IMG/VR virus record: IMGVR_UViG_3300038679_000021
Coordinates: 1 to 64,000 of that record
DNA length: 64,000 nt
Reading direction: 5' to 3' (one strand)
From: a virus
Lineage: Duplodnaviria > Caudoviricetes
Shown here: positions 37,184 through 46,935 of the stretch, piece after piece
How the letters are laid out: every line of letters starts with the position of its first letter
Numbering within the stretch: the stretch's first letter is position 1
The notes under the pieces: generated by a model
What the model saw: the letters and a program-made list of their open reading frames with translations, nothing else
Told to the model about the DNA's origin: nothing
The model's database searches: none
Translations under genes and position numbers: made by a program

Positions 37184-38019
37184 GGAACCCTCATCAGTTC
37201 ATTGGTGTAGTAGTTTGACTGATAGTAGATGATCGATCTCAAAACAAGATTAGACTCCCCAACTTCGGAAATGTTAAACCAATTGGTTGCAACACTATTA
37301 GTTAAGATAAGGTTTGCTAACCCAGAAGAAAGAAGGGCTGTGGCTAGAGGATCAGTCTCTTTCGGAGAAGGTGCAACGAAGATAACCCCCTGATTATTGT
37401 GCGAAACTACACACCTACCGATAATCAAAGGAGCAGTCTGCCCTTCACCAATGTAATTGGTGGTGATCGCTCCAGCATTTGTTGATAGATAAAGTAACGC
37501 CCCTTCTTCGAACATAGAAGTGTTAAGTTCCCTTACCAATCCGTAAGAAGTAACGATACCTTCTTGATTATTGGTAATGTTATGAGTTGCAATGCCGAGT
37601 ACTCGCGTTCTCAAAGGATTATCGGCATCAGCAAGAGCACCTGAAATCCTATTCCCCGACGCAGAAATACAACTTACGACACACCCATTAGAAATCGTCG
37701 ATCCATGTTTATTTACTATTCTTATCCACTGCTCTTGCCCTACCTGCAACTTCGCAGGCAAGTCGGGAATTAGAGTAAGGGTATGGTCGTCTACATCCCA
37801 GTATACCTGCCCCTCAGTGGTAAAACCATTGTCATACGGAATAAACTGAAAAGACCGAATATGGTTAAGGTCATTCGTACCAAGAGAAATCCCATTGGTA
37901 AAGACAGGCTGTAAATTAGGATTTACGACAATCCCGTTAGTGTCGGTTTGTAGGTAATGTCTGATATCCAACCCGAAGCAGCTAGTGGCAATCAGTAGAA
38001 GAGGGATTACGTGTTTCAT
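37180..38019 (-). CDS. Signal-peptide-bearing protein with a cement/decoration-like domain
   Basis: MKHVIPLLLIATSCFG start; ALADAD...VLGIAT...GLV...LYLS pattern; AT-rich DNA. Confidence 0.6.
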   Translation of the reverse strand: MKHVIPLLLIATSCFGLDIRHYLQTDTNGIVVNPNLQPVFTNGISLGTNDLNHIRSFQFIPYDNGFTTEGQVYWDVDDHTLTLIPDLPAKLQVGQEQWIRIVNKHGSTISNGCVVSCISASGNRISGALADADNPLRTRVLGIATHNITNNQEGIVTSYGLVRELNTSMFEEGALLYLSTNAGAITTNYIGEGQTAPLIIGRCVVSHNNQGVIFVAPSPKETDPLATALLSSGLANLILTNSVATNWFNISEVGESNLVLRSIIYYQSNYYTNELMRVP

Positions 38020-38861
38020 ATAGCTTCCACAGTGGAGTTTCCTTCGGAATCGATCTTCAAGCGCATACCCGCCGCGATGTTGAGCTTGCCGTTGAGGATG
38101 GCATCTACCTCTGCCGCAGAGTAAACAACAGAATCCAAGGGGGTAATCGTCCCACCAGAGACTCTAGTAGCAGTCTCAGGCCCGTTGAGGAACAAGGAAG
38201 CCATGGAAACATACCGGCTGAGAATTCGGTCGATCTCAAGGAATCCAGTGAGAGAGTTTCCCTTCGCGAGACGGGAGTTGTTCATGAACGAAATCGAGAA
38301 ATCTCCGATAGAGTAACTCCCAACCCCCGCAGGAGCCATTCCGGACTGTCCGGGGAGAAGAAGCTCGAAGGCATAAAGACAAATGGCCCTCTTGATCTCC
38401 AAAGGGGTGGTAAGCATGCCCCAGACCCCCGTAACCTGATAGTTCCTCTGCCCCGGCACAAAGACGTACCCTCCAAGGGCGACGATCCTGCGGCGGCGGG
38501 AGTGGGGTCCGGTGGGGATGGGTGACAGGTAGTGGTGGCAGTTCGTGTAGTCTTCGTTCTCAACTAAGTCGTAAGCCGTGGAGATTACTCCGTCGTTCCA
38601 TTCGAGTTCTTCCACCTTGGTGATGGAGAGAAGAGGATACATGATCGCGGGAGGGAAAGTCAGGGTGTTGTCACGGGCTCCATCGATCTGCCACACTTCG
38701 GAAAAAGCCCCGAAACGATTCTGAGTGACTCTTTCGAAGATTTCCTCAGTCTGGTTCAGAGCGGCCTGAATTTCAGAGTCGGAAAAGCTACTTACCGGAA
38801 TTGCTGTTCCGTCTCTGCCTTTGAAAGCCCGGAACTCGGCGATTGAAACGTAGTTGCTCAT
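38016..38861 (-). CDS. Head-tail connector (gp6/gp15-like)
   Basis: MSNYVSIAEF start, YQVTGVWG...PLEIKRAICL, YSIGDFSISF. Confidence 0.8.
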   Translation of the reverse strand: MSNYVSIAEFRAFKGRDGTAIPVSSFSDSEIQAALNQTEEIFERVTQNRFGAFSEVWQIDGARDNTLTFPPAIMYPLLSITKVEELEWNDGVISTAYDLVENEDYTNCHHYLSPIPTGPHSRRRRIVALGGYVFVPGQRNYQVTGVWGMLTTPLEIKRAICLYAFELLLPGQSGMAPAGVGSYSIGDFSISFMNNSRLAKGNSLTGFLEIDRILSRYVSMASLFLNGPETATRVSGGTITPLDSVVYSAAEVDAILNGKLNIAAGMRLKIDSEGNSTVEAI

Positions 38862-38883
38862 GTCTGTTTCCTTGAAAAGTTCC

Positions 38884-38899
38884 CTGCAATCGTGTGCAG
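38884..38899. repeat. Dispersed palindrome, variant copy, intergenic
   Basis: CTGCAATCGTGTGCAG; shares the 18-bp AAAAGTTCCCTGCAATCG (38875-38892) with 44304-44321. Confidence 0.85.
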
Positions 38900-38903
38900 A
38901 TAG

Positions 38904-38937
38904 CAAACCGGGGTGAGACCTTTCGATCCCACCCCGG
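38904..38937 (-). terminator. GAAA-tetraloop hairpin, probable terminator
   Basis: Minus strand CCGGGGTGGGATC-GAAA-GGTCTCACCCCGG followed by TTTG. Confidence 0.7.
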
Positions 38938-38956
38938 CATCATACCGCATTTTCGG

Positions 38957-39661
38957 CTAGCGATCAATCACAGCCGTGAATCCGCCAGTCGTAGCCGTGG
39001 TGCCTCGCGTGGCACGAATCAGCATGCGATTGGGAATGTAAAGGCCGTCACTGAATTCACGATTCAGTTGCACTGCCTTCAACTGAGTAGTGGCGACAGA
39101 GTTGAAAACACCAGCGTACTGGGTCTCATTCCACACCAGATTACCACCCGAATAGATACTCAGCGTGATATCGCCAGTACCACCGACATCGCCAGCGACA
39201 GACTTCAGCATACCTCCACGCGCCGAGAGGCTGTAGTGCAACGCCGTCGAGGTATCGTACATCACCGAAGTGATCGTTCCGTTCGTGAGGGTATACGTAC
39301 CATCGAGCAACTCGCCATCCGTCGAATCAGTCGTCAGCGAGTACTGCGAATCCACGACGATAGGCGTCGTAGTCGTAGTCCCACTCACGTAGATACACGC
39401 CTCAAGAGCAGCCCGCAACTCCGCAACCGTATCGATGGTGCTATCACCAGCAACCGTGTTGGTAGTCGTACCGATAATCACCGCCATGTCATTGGCCGCG
39501 CCGTTCGTGGTCACGACGAACTTTCCGGCAACGCCGGACTGATCGAGCGTGATCGTGAACGCGGGAGAGGCATCAGCGGCAATGTACTCAGGAACCGGAG
39601 CGGCAGAAACAACCGCAGCAGCCGTGAGCGCAGCAAACAGAGCAATCAGACTCTTCTTCAT
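38957..39661 (-). CDS. Signal-peptide-bearing, Thr-rich protein in the head module
   Basis: ATG at 39661, MKKSLIALFAALTAAAVVSA. Same GAAAGGGTAAT RBS context as the major capsid gene; GC3-rich codons. Confidence 0.8.
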   Translation of the reverse strand: MKKSLIALFAALTAAAVVSAAPVPEYIAADASPAFTITLDQSGVAGKFVVTTNGAANDMAVIIGTTTNTVAGDSTIDTVAELRAALEACIYVSGTTTTTPIVVDSQYSLTTDSTDGELLDGTYTLTNGTITSVMYDTSTALHYSLSARGGMLKSVAGDVGGTGDITLSIYSGGNLVWNETQYAGVFNSVATTQLKAVQLNREFSDGLYIPNRMLIRATRGTTATTGGFTAVIDR

Positions 39662-39665
39662 CGCA

Positions 39666-39965
39666 TTACCCTTTCGTGGAAACCGTCGGGACCACAAGCT
39701 TAACAGGCTCAGGCTTCGCCGGGGCTTCCTTTGCCTCAACTTCGACTGCTCCCTCTCCCGGAGGGACATTCGTAGCATCCTTCGACACCGACATCTTCGG
39801 AGGAACCGAATCAGGAAGCTGAATACAGAGACCCTTCTCGATAAGCAGATTGCCTTCATCAGAACTTGCCTCAAAAGGCGTCAAACGAGGGACTTCCACC
39901 CCTGAAATCGGCGTCGTGATCTTCCAGAACCTATTTCGCGCTTTCAGAATCATACAAAACCTCAA
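39666..39965 (-). CDS. Hypothetical protein downstream of the major capsid gene
   Basis: 99-aa ORF. Confidence 0.65.
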   Translation of the reverse strand: MRFCMILKARNRFWKITTPISGVEVPRLTPFEASSDEGNLLIEKGLCIQLPDSVPPKMSVSKDATNVPPGEGAVEVEAKEAPAKPEPVKLVVPTVSTKG

Positions 39966-39973
39966 GTTAGGAA

Positions 39974-40000
39974 GGGGGCGGTAGGGTTAGTACCGCCCCC
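39974..40000 (-). terminator. Hairpin after the major capsid gene
   Basis: 10-bp stem GGGGGCGGTA/TACCGCCCCC just downstream of the capsid stop. Confidence 0.65.
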
Positions 40001-40010
40001 TCCATCGGAG

Positions 40011-41066
40011 TTAGTCGATCACGTAGTCCGCGCCATTGACGCCGACGTTCTTCGCGATAACCACCGCGTCCGCGTTCTCAACCGCGAAATCGCAGCGCGT
40101 ATGGATCGTGACTTCCCACTTGTCCTGCCGGGGAACGCGATCCCACTCAATCGTGATGTCACGCTGAATGAAGTAGATCAGGTTCTTGAGCGGAGTCAAC
40201 CAGATGGACGAGCCATCCGTCGCAGGGGTGCCGCCGACCGTATAGGCCAGATCGGTCGGGAAGAGAGGAACCTCGAACTGCGGAATCCCGAAGGGCTTGC
40301 CGCCGCCGCCGATTTCGCGGAAGCGAGCAACCGTATCATTCGGAGTACCACCACCAGAAACCGCGCCAACCTGCGTCATGTCATACGCCCACTTATCCCA
40401 AGCGCGGCTGGAGACCACGAAGCGATAGTTGGGGAGAGCAGGACGATAGCGAGCGGGGATCGCACTCTTCATCTTGTAGTAGAGAGCCGCAGACGCATTC
40501 GCGCCTTCCGCGTCAATCTGCTGCGAAGGAGTCGGAACAGCGGTCTGAAGCAGAGCTTGATAACCGTTGTTGTCGCCAAGCAATCGCTGAAGGGCCGTGC
40601 CATCAGGCGTGGCCGTATACGAGCCCTGAATACCAAGCATCTCCATGTCGATGGCAATCTGCTTGGTGAATATATTCAGGAGCTTGTCACGGACGTTCTC
40701 GCCCTCGATGTTGTCCTCAAGGAAGTCCGAGGTCAGATCGAACGCCGAGCGCAGCTTGCTCGTATCGTAATCGACCTTCGACGCCGAAGGCTTAAACGTA
40801 CTCGTACCCGGAGCGCGGGTCGATTCCGTCACAGTCTTACCGAGGTCGATCTTGTTGATTTCACCCGAGGGGTGATCGATCTTCGCAAGACGCACCTGCT
40901 TGAGAAGCTGCGAAACATCGACCATCAGATCGATGAAACGGTCAGCCTGTTGACGCGTCAGAATCGAATTCGAAATCTGCGCGGTGTCGATAACCTCGCT
41001 CGTAGCCGCCTTGTTAAGGAGACGCTCGATGCTCAGTTTGCCAAGGACTTCATCGCCAACACTCAT
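40011..41066 (-). CDS. Major capsid protein (HK97 fold)
   Basis: 351 aa, ILTRQQADRFID, strong codon bias, follows the protease gene. Confidence 0.9.
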   Translation of the reverse strand: MSVGDEVLGKLSIERLLNKAATSEVIDTAQISNSILTRQQADRFIDLMVDVSQLLKQVRLAKIDHPSGEINKIDLGKTVTESTRAPGTSTFKPSASKVDYDTSKLRSAFDLTSDFLEDNIEGENVRDKLLNIFTKQIAIDMEMLGIQGSYTATPDGTALQRLLGDNNGYQALLQTAVPTPSQQIDAEGANASAALYYKMKSAIPARYRPALPNYRFVVSSRAWDKWAYDMTQVGAVSGGGTPNDTVARFREIGGGGKPFGIPQFEVPLFPTDLAYTVGGTPATDGSSIWLTPLKNLIYFIQRDITIEWDRVPRQDKWEVTIHTRCDFAVENADAVVIAKNVGVNGADYVID

Positions 41067-41091
41067 GGTATTACCCTTTCATTCAACTTTC

Positions 41092-42798
41092 CTACCGGAC
41101 AAAAGGCCAACCTTTACTACCAAAAACATCGTTCGGGCTCTTCGGAACATCAACGGGTTTGTTCGCAGGCTCTTCCCGATGAGTGGCCGGAACCGCTGTC
41201 TTGGTAATATCTTCCAACACTTTCCCGAGTTCGTCAATCTTCTTCTGCACCGCCTCCAACTCCGCGCTTCGATCCACACCGTCCGTAGCAGACTTGGAAA
41301 CAGCGGCTTCCTTCAGAGCAGTTGCCTGACTCTGCAAGGCATTAGAAAGCGACTGGGCGACATCGGCGAAACGAGCAAGGGCGTCGTTAATCGAAGCGGC
41401 AACGGCAGCGATCTTCCCGTTGACTGCCTCGACAAGAACGTTCCCAACCTGCCCAACCATGCCCTCAAGAGCCCACTTCAGTTGATCCTTCAACATGGCA
41501 ACAGTAGGATCAACAGGAGGCTCCGGAACAGCGGGGACCGGGACAGGAACTTCGATGACTTGAACAGGCTGAACAACAACGGAAGGGGCCTGAGAAGCAG
41601 GAACCTCATCGACGCGCCGTTCCGTAACAGTGGTCGTCTCCACAACCACAGACTTCTCAGCTTCCACAGGCGTTTCGGCAGGTGCCGGAGCGGGGGGAGG
41701 CGTCTCAGGAACAACTTCGGGAGAAGGCGTAACAGCCTCGATAGCCGCCTTCGTCTCAGGGGTCTCGACAGGCGTTTCCGCAGCGGTGGCGACCTCGACA
41801 GGCGGCGTTGCGGCCTCCGGGGCGGCGGGCGGCGGGGTAACTTCAGGTGTCACAGCAGTAGACATAGCCTTTTCCTTTCCTTCAAGTACTCTACTACCAA
41901 GTAGAGCTTCACACAAGACAGAAATCGCAACCTTCTCTTCATCGGAAACTTTATTCGCGGCGAGAGGGCCAACAATGGCTTGAACGCCAGTAGAAACTCC
42001 GACAGTCCTCATTCCGCCGTCGAAAACGTCCTTGTTGATCTGAGGGGCAACAATTTCCCCATCATCCAGAGTGAAAATCCCGTCCGAAACAAACTTATGA
42101 GCATCGAGCCAAGAAGCTGCCTTCTGAGCGTCGAACATTTCCGGAGAGAAGACGAAACCGAAAACTCCGAGTTCTCCGTCGTAGTCTTGCAGCGTCATAG
42201 ACTTCTGCGCTTCCTTGATTGCGGACTTCATGGCCGGAACCAGCATCGCGCTGGGGTTCATCGGAGAGAAAACAACGGAAACTTCGGCAATATCGGCGAG
42301 AACAGAGAGGACTTTCTTGAAAGGACCGATCTTCATCTTAGTCATCAGGGCTTTTCCATGCCAAGAAAACCCAGAGAGCATGCCGCGAAGAACACGATTC
42401 CATACTTCCTGCACAGTGATGGAAGCCGTGATCCAAACTCCGCGATCCCCTGTAACACACTTAGGGATTCGATCCTTCGGGAAATGTCCAATAATGTCGC
42501 CAGAGTTGACGCTCTTGATGGCCCACATCGTAGGGTCGTCGCTAGGGACAAGCTTAACAATCTCCCCGGAACGGACTTCTCCGACAGGAATAGGGTTCCC
42601 TCGCTCGTCCAACCACATCTTGTGGTTGTAGCAAAGCGTCCGCTTCTGAAGGAACGAATCAAGATCGAAGCTTTCAGGGGTGATAGTTTCCCCCTCCAAG
42701 TCCTCAGAGTTAAAGGACAAAAAGCCCTTCACCATGAACGGAGAAGTAATGTCATGGACAAAAGGGGCCTTCAGCTTGATTTCGACAGTAGTTTTCAT
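41092..42798 (-). CDS. Prohead protease (HK97-type) fused to a Pro/Ala/Glu-rich scaffold-like region
   Basis: LCYNH, GFSWHG, EVSVVFSPMNPSA; low-complexity linker and C-terminal coiled coil. Confidence 0.85.
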   Translation of the reverse strand: MKTTVEIKLKAPFVHDITSPFMVKGFLSFNSEDLEGETITPESFDLDSFLQKRTLCYNHKMWLDERGNPIPVGEVRSGEIVKLVPSDDPTMWAIKSVNSGDIIGHFPKDRIPKCVTGDRGVWITASITVQEVWNRVLRGMLSGFSWHGKALMTKMKIGPFKKVLSVLADIAEVSVVFSPMNPSAMLVPAMKSAIKEAQKSMTLQDYDGELGVFGFVFSPEMFDAQKAASWLDAHKFVSDGIFTLDDGEIVAPQINKDVFDGGMRTVGVSTGVQAIVGPLAANKVSDEEKVAISVLCEALLGSRVLEGKEKAMSTAVTPEVTPPPAAPEAATPPVEVATAAETPVETPETKAAIEAVTPSPEVVPETPPPAPAPAETPVEAEKSVVVETTTVTERRVDEVPASQAPSVVVQPVQVIEVPVPVPAVPEPPVDPTVAMLKDQLKWALEGMVGQVGNVLVEAVNGKIAAVAASINDALARFADVAQSLSNALQSQATALKEAAVSKSATDGVDRSAELEAVQKKIDELGKVLEDITKTAVPATHREEPANKPVDVPKSPNDVFGSKGWPFVR

Positions 42799-44303
42799 TA
42801 GGCCGGGGGTTGGGTTGTAGCGGGAGGCTTCTGGAACAAAGGTACTAACTCATTCCCACTGCGAACAGTGTACTTATCCCCACCTTCGATAGGCCCGCCG
42901 AGATTGTTCCTCTCGCGGACCTCATTGAGGGTGAGAAGACCATTAGCCATGGCTTCGATATCGTCCTTCAGCAACTCTGAACGTTCCTCAGTGCTGAGAG
43001 GGTCGAACACGATTCCAGCTTGAGAAACTCCAAGGCCGATTTCGAACATGCGATTGATGACAGAGGCCCATCGCGTCTGTAGGGGCGTAACGATTCGCTC
43101 CCTATAGTTCTCCATCTGCGCGGTTCCTTTGCCAGAACCGAGATTAGCGGCATCATTGATACCAATAATAGCAGGGTTGACCCCGTGAGAAATCATGATC
43201 GAAGACTGATTCGACTTTCGAACAGCTTCGTAATCCGAGGCTTGGATATCAGTTTCGAGCTTCTCAAACGTGACATCGATCTCCCCCGCAGCCGGGATTG
43301 GAATGATGAGGGTCTTGTGCGTCGATCCCTTAACATCACGCGAGAAATAAGCCATGATAAGCTGCTTGACTTCAGGAGTGAGGTCCGCCCCCTTAATCAC
43401 AATAGCGTACTGAGGAATCGTATTGTGATCGAAGAACTGAAGGAAGTAATCGCGGATATTGGCATTAACCATGATGTACCCGATAGCAGACATATAATCG
43501 GGAACACCATAGTAAACAGACTTGGGATGGAACTTAGGAATGTAGAGGATTTCGCTACAAGCCTCAGAAAGGTTCGACGTAGGTTCGAAGGTATTCCTAT
43601 TCCGGAGATTCCATGAGGAACCCCGCCAGTTGCCATCACGGGAAAGGTTGAAAGGCTCCGGAATCCCCGTTACCGTCTTCTTAGCTGAAACTACCTTATC
43701 CCCAAAGGGCTGGTAATACCGCTTCTTCCCATTGTTAAGGGTTTCGATGAATCCCGTAAACCCTTCGATGACCCGAATCCTAGAGGATCGGATATGGTTG
43801 ATTTTGACGATCCTGCGGTTCAGAGCCCGAATGACTTCGACACAAGCCCACCCGATAGCCTCGAAATCGACGCCAGCCTGATACCAGACACCTTCGAAGC
43901 CGTCGAATCGGTTACAGGTGGCGATGAATTCCTTGATAACTTCCGTCTCGGCATCAAGAACTTCCCGGTCAACAGGGTCGGACTTACTCTTGCGCCCGAT
44001 CCGGTAAGGTCTGCCAAGAGCGTCGGTGACTTTCGTGGCAATACATCGGGCGTTGATCTCATCAGACTCAGAGAATCGTTCCAAAATGGCCGGGTTGTAG
44101 GGAGGCTCGACTATCCGAAGGGCTGAAGAGGTCGTGGACTCGACTGTACCTTCCCCCATAGGGGCAGAGGCAACAGCCGCCTTCACCATAGTTTGGAATT
44201 CTTCCGCAGAAACTACAGTTCCATTTCCGAGAATGAAAGCCCGAGAAACAAGGCGCGTCTCAGGAACTACAGGATCAGGAGTTTTTACTGCCTCAGTTGA
44301 CAT
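42798..44303 (-). CDS. Portal protein
   Basis: YYGVPDY, FFDHNTIPQYAI, ISHGVNPAIIG, LTLNEVRE. Start set at the ATG at 44303. Confidence 0.92.
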   Translation of the reverse strand: MSTEAVKTPDPVVPETRLVSRAFILGNGTVVSAEEFQTMVKAAVASAPMGEGTVESTTSSALRIVEPPYNPAILERFSESDEINARCIATKVTDALGRPYRIGRKSKSDPVDREVLDAETEVIKEFIATCNRFDGFEGVWYQAGVDFEAIGWACVEVIRALNRRIVKINHIRSSRIRVIEGFTGFIETLNNGKKRYYQPFGDKVVSAKKTVTGIPEPFNLSRDGNWRGSSWNLRNRNTFEPTSNLSEACSEILYIPKFHPKSVYYGVPDYMSAIGYIMVNANIRDYFLQFFDHNTIPQYAIVIKGADLTPEVKQLIMAYFSRDVKGSTHKTLIIPIPAAGEIDVTFEKLETDIQASDYEAVRKSNQSSIMISHGVNPAIIGINDAANLGSGKGTAQMENYRERIVTPLQTRWASVINRMFEIGLGVSQAGIVFDPLSTEERSELLKDDIEAMANGLLTLNEVRERNNLGGPIEGGDKYTVRSGNELVPLFQKPPATTQPPA

Positions 44304-44312
44304 AAAAGTTCC

Positions 44313-44328
44313 CTGCAATCGATTGCAG
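44313..44328. repeat. Dispersed palindrome, exact copy, between promoter and portal ATG
   Basis: CTGCAATCGATTGCAG about 10 bp upstream of the portal start (operator-like position). Confidence 0.9.
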
Positions 44329-44350
44329 ACAGGTGAAACCTAGTGAGTCG

Positions 44351-44379
44351 AATATACAACAATGCGGGGAGAACTGCAA
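44351..44379 (-). promoter_or_regulatory. Sigma70-type promoter for the head operon
   Basis: TTGCAG-N17-TATATT with TG extension. Confidence 0.65.
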
Positions 44380-44387
44380 GAAGAAGG

Positions 44388-46064
44388 TCAGCCAACACAG
44401 ATTGTATCTAGGGAGCTACTACTTACAAAGGTAGCCGCAAGGTAGTCGTACAAATCAGCGAATCTCTGATGGTCTTTTCCCTTGCTCCAAACAAATTTCG
44501 TATTGCCCTTTGTGTCTGTCTCTTCTTGCCGGACAGGCTCAGTCATTTCCTTGACGTACTCTCCCTCAAGTAATGACTCAAAGTTGATTGGAAGAAGATT
44601 CTTCCCAGCTTTGAACTCTGCTAGCGTTCTATCTAACCCTGCTGTTCGATCAATAGCGATAGACCTATTCTTCTTGTCTTTCTTGATCCTCTTATCGGCA
44701 CCTTCGGAGCCGAAAGAGCAAGACCAAACAAAGAAAGGGGCCTCTTCTTGAAAATCAAGAACTGTGCGAAACTCAGGCATTGCATCGATTACTGCCACTT
44801 GGACATTGAACTGGACACCCAAGGAGATAAGCTCTTGAAGAGTAGATACCTTCCCAATGAAGATTGCTTTCCTAACCCCATCAGGAAGAACTTCAGAAAT
44901 GCGAACATCGAACTTCTTTCCTACGTCAACTCCCATAGAGCATTTCTTACGGGAGAACTCTTCATTTAAGTACCCTTTATGCTTCTCTGTAGTAAACGAG
45001 TAAGGGTCTCGAAGATGCGCTGCTTTCCGGAGAGTTTGAACAGTAAGGCGTTGGTTTCCAACTACGAAAGGAATACCTAAGTTAGAGGTATAGAAATGCT
45101 CTAACCCTGCCGCGCTCTCCCACGCATCTTCCCAAGCTGTGAAAATGTCATAAATGGAGTTTTCCCATGAGTTCAACATCGTCATGGAATACCCCTCTGT
45201 ATCACAAGAGGGATTCTCAGGAACCCACAGTCCGGCAGTTGATTGCCTGTTCAACGGGACATCGCAAGTGGGGCACATGCAATGAATATCTCTCCCACAA
45301 TCCCGCCGCCATTCCTGATCGCGGAGTGAGTAATCTACGAAGTTTCCGTCGTCGTCATGCTTAACAATCACAACAGTCTTGAACCAATCGAGCGGGATTG
45401 GTTGCCCGCACTTTTCGCAGGGAATATGCCAGAAGTTCCTCGTTGAGGATTCAAACATGCGATTGATGCCAACACCTTTAAGAGATGGGTTTCCGATATA
45501 CCTTCTGAATTGGTAGATGGAACCGCGCAGGCGGTCTCTTGCGTATTGAACGTTAGTCCCGGCGCACTGATCCAACTCTTCCACAAAGAGCATATCAGCA
45601 GGGTACTCTCGCATGTCAGAAAGCACATTGGAGCCGACGTATTTGATCGTTCCTTTTCCGAAATGCTTGAGAACAGTATTGTCAAAGAAGCCATCCCTAA
45701 CATAAGCGCGATACTCAGGCGTTTCTCCAATGCGCTTATCGATGCGGTTTTGCACGTAAGTAGTGCGGGATTCTACTTTCGGAAGAACAAAGAAAATGTT
45801 AAGGCCACAGGCGGCTGCTGCGAAATGGTCAATGATGATAAACTCAGATTTCTTCGACTGTACTGAGCCTTGAATTACGAGACTCTTCGCGAGAGTATTG
45901 TAGATTTGAGGTAGGTGGGCATTCCGAACAAAATCCATCCTCTCACCATGGGTGTTCCGATGGTATTTTGTGGCGAACTCAATGCGCTTATCACGAACCT
46001 CTAGCAGTTTCTCTGCTACTAGAAGATCGCGACGATCAAGAGAAAGAAAATCACGACGCGTCAT
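44388..46064 (-). CDS. terL: Terminase large subunit (lambda gpA-like)
   Basis: Divergent Walker A (GSVQSKKSE), VEELD, GNPS, CEKCG...CPTC Zn motif, MGVDVG nuclease motif. Confidence 0.92.
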   Translation of the reverse strand: MTRRDFLSLDRRDLLVAEKLLEVRDKRIEFATKYHRNTHGERMDFVRNAHLPQIYNTLAKSLVIQGSVQSKKSEFIIIDHFAAAACGLNIFFVLPKVESRTTYVQNRIDKRIGETPEYRAYVRDGFFDNTVLKHFGKGTIKYVGSNVLSDMREYPADMLFVEELDQCAGTNVQYARDRLRGSIYQFRRYIGNPSLKGVGINRMFESSTRNFWHIPCEKCGQPIPLDWFKTVVIVKHDDDGNFVDYSLRDQEWRRDCGRDIHCMCPTCDVPLNRQSTAGLWVPENPSCDTEGYSMTMLNSWENSIYDIFTAWEDAWESAAGLEHFYTSNLGIPFVVGNQRLTVQTLRKAAHLRDPYSFTTEKHKGYLNEEFSRKKCSMGVDVGKKFDVRISEVLPDGVRKAIFIGKVSTLQELISLGVQFNVQVAVIDAMPEFRTVLDFQEEAPFFVWSCSFGSEGADKRIKKDKKNRSIAIDRTAGLDRTLAEFKAGKNLLPINFESLLEGEYVKEMTEPVRQEETDTKGNTKFVWSKGKDHQRFADLYDYLAATFVSSSSLDTICVG

Positions 46065-46663
46065 TTGGGATGGTTCGCTGGCAACATAATCTGCCCAAAC
46101 TTGAGAAGCTTCTCAATAGAGCCAGCAATCTGATCGGGAGTACGCTCTTCTTTGGTATCTGCTTCGTGGATGATCTGATCGCCCAACTTCTTAAATAACT
46201 GCGCGGGATCGCCTGCTCTAGGGATGATTCCAGCATCTTGAAGCAACTTGATCTTCATCTTGCGGGCTTCAAGAGCCTGTTGGAAGAACTTGGCGCGATT
46301 GGGGTCTGGTTCTGTTCGCGACTCTTTAACAGTCCCCGTAACAGGATCGAAAGTCTTAACGGTCTTCGGCTCAAGCTGGTGGGCTTCATAGAGAGCGATA
46401 CGCTCGATCTCATCAAGCCACTGAATGTTAGCTGAAATGATCCCTACGGCGTCCGACTTGAGTAATTGTTGCCGGTAAATCTCTGTAACGGCAGAGATAT
46501 CATCCAAAATAACAGCATCAGAAACCTGAAAGACACGCGCCAAAGCGGAAACGGGGATGCCTTTGATGTAACCATCCCAGACTTTGGCGCGACGTTCCGC
46601 CTCAGAGGCGATTTCAATCGTCCCTTTCCTCTCAGGAGGCAGAACTGTAATGTCAGATTTCAC
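46061..46663 (-). CDS. terS: Terminase small subunit
   Basis: N-terminal HTH (GIPVSALARVFQVSDAVILDD); directly upstream of terL. Confidence 0.75.
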   Translation of the reverse strand: MKSDITVLPPERKGTIEIASEAERRAKVWDGYIKGIPVSALARVFQVSDAVILDDISAVTEIYRQQLLKSDAVGIISANIQWLDEIERIALYEAHQLEPKTVKTFDPVTGTVKESRTEPDPNRAKFFQQALEARKMKIKLLQDAGIIPRAGDPAQLFKKLGDQIIHEADTKEERTPDQIAGSIEKLLKFGQIMLPANHPK

Positions 46664-46935
46664 GAAGGAGTAGGTGGAAGAACGAGAGTAGACCTCGGAT
46701 AAAGAGTGGCTAAGTCATCAGACAAAGCACAAGGGAAAGCCCCATCGTGCCCCAACGCATGAAGGGCCAGCTTCACTGCCCTCATGCGTTTAGTCCACCC
46801 ACATTCACACTTGTCATTGAGCGTGATTTTCTCCCAATCGGGATGCTCGAAAGCAACGTTATCACACTCAAGACAGTTAGGCCATGAGACTAGGATCATA
46901 CAGAATCCTTCAGCTTCGATTTCAGGAACGTGCAA
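46660..46935 (-). CDS. Hypothetical Cys-rich protein
   Basis: 91 aa, CLEC...CECG; overlaps both neighbours. Confidence 0.55.
   Translation of the reverse strand: MHVPEIEAEGFCMILVSWPNCLECDNVAFEHPDWEKITLNDKCECGWTKRMRAVKLALHALGHDGAFPCALSDDLATLYPRSTLVLPPTPS

Noticed and set aside
37742-37759. Weaker palindrome look-alikes (e.g. CCTGCAACTTCGCAGG here; similar near 11933, 23340, 51415)
   Set aside because: Too many mismatches to distinguish from chance by eye; not counted among the nine sites.
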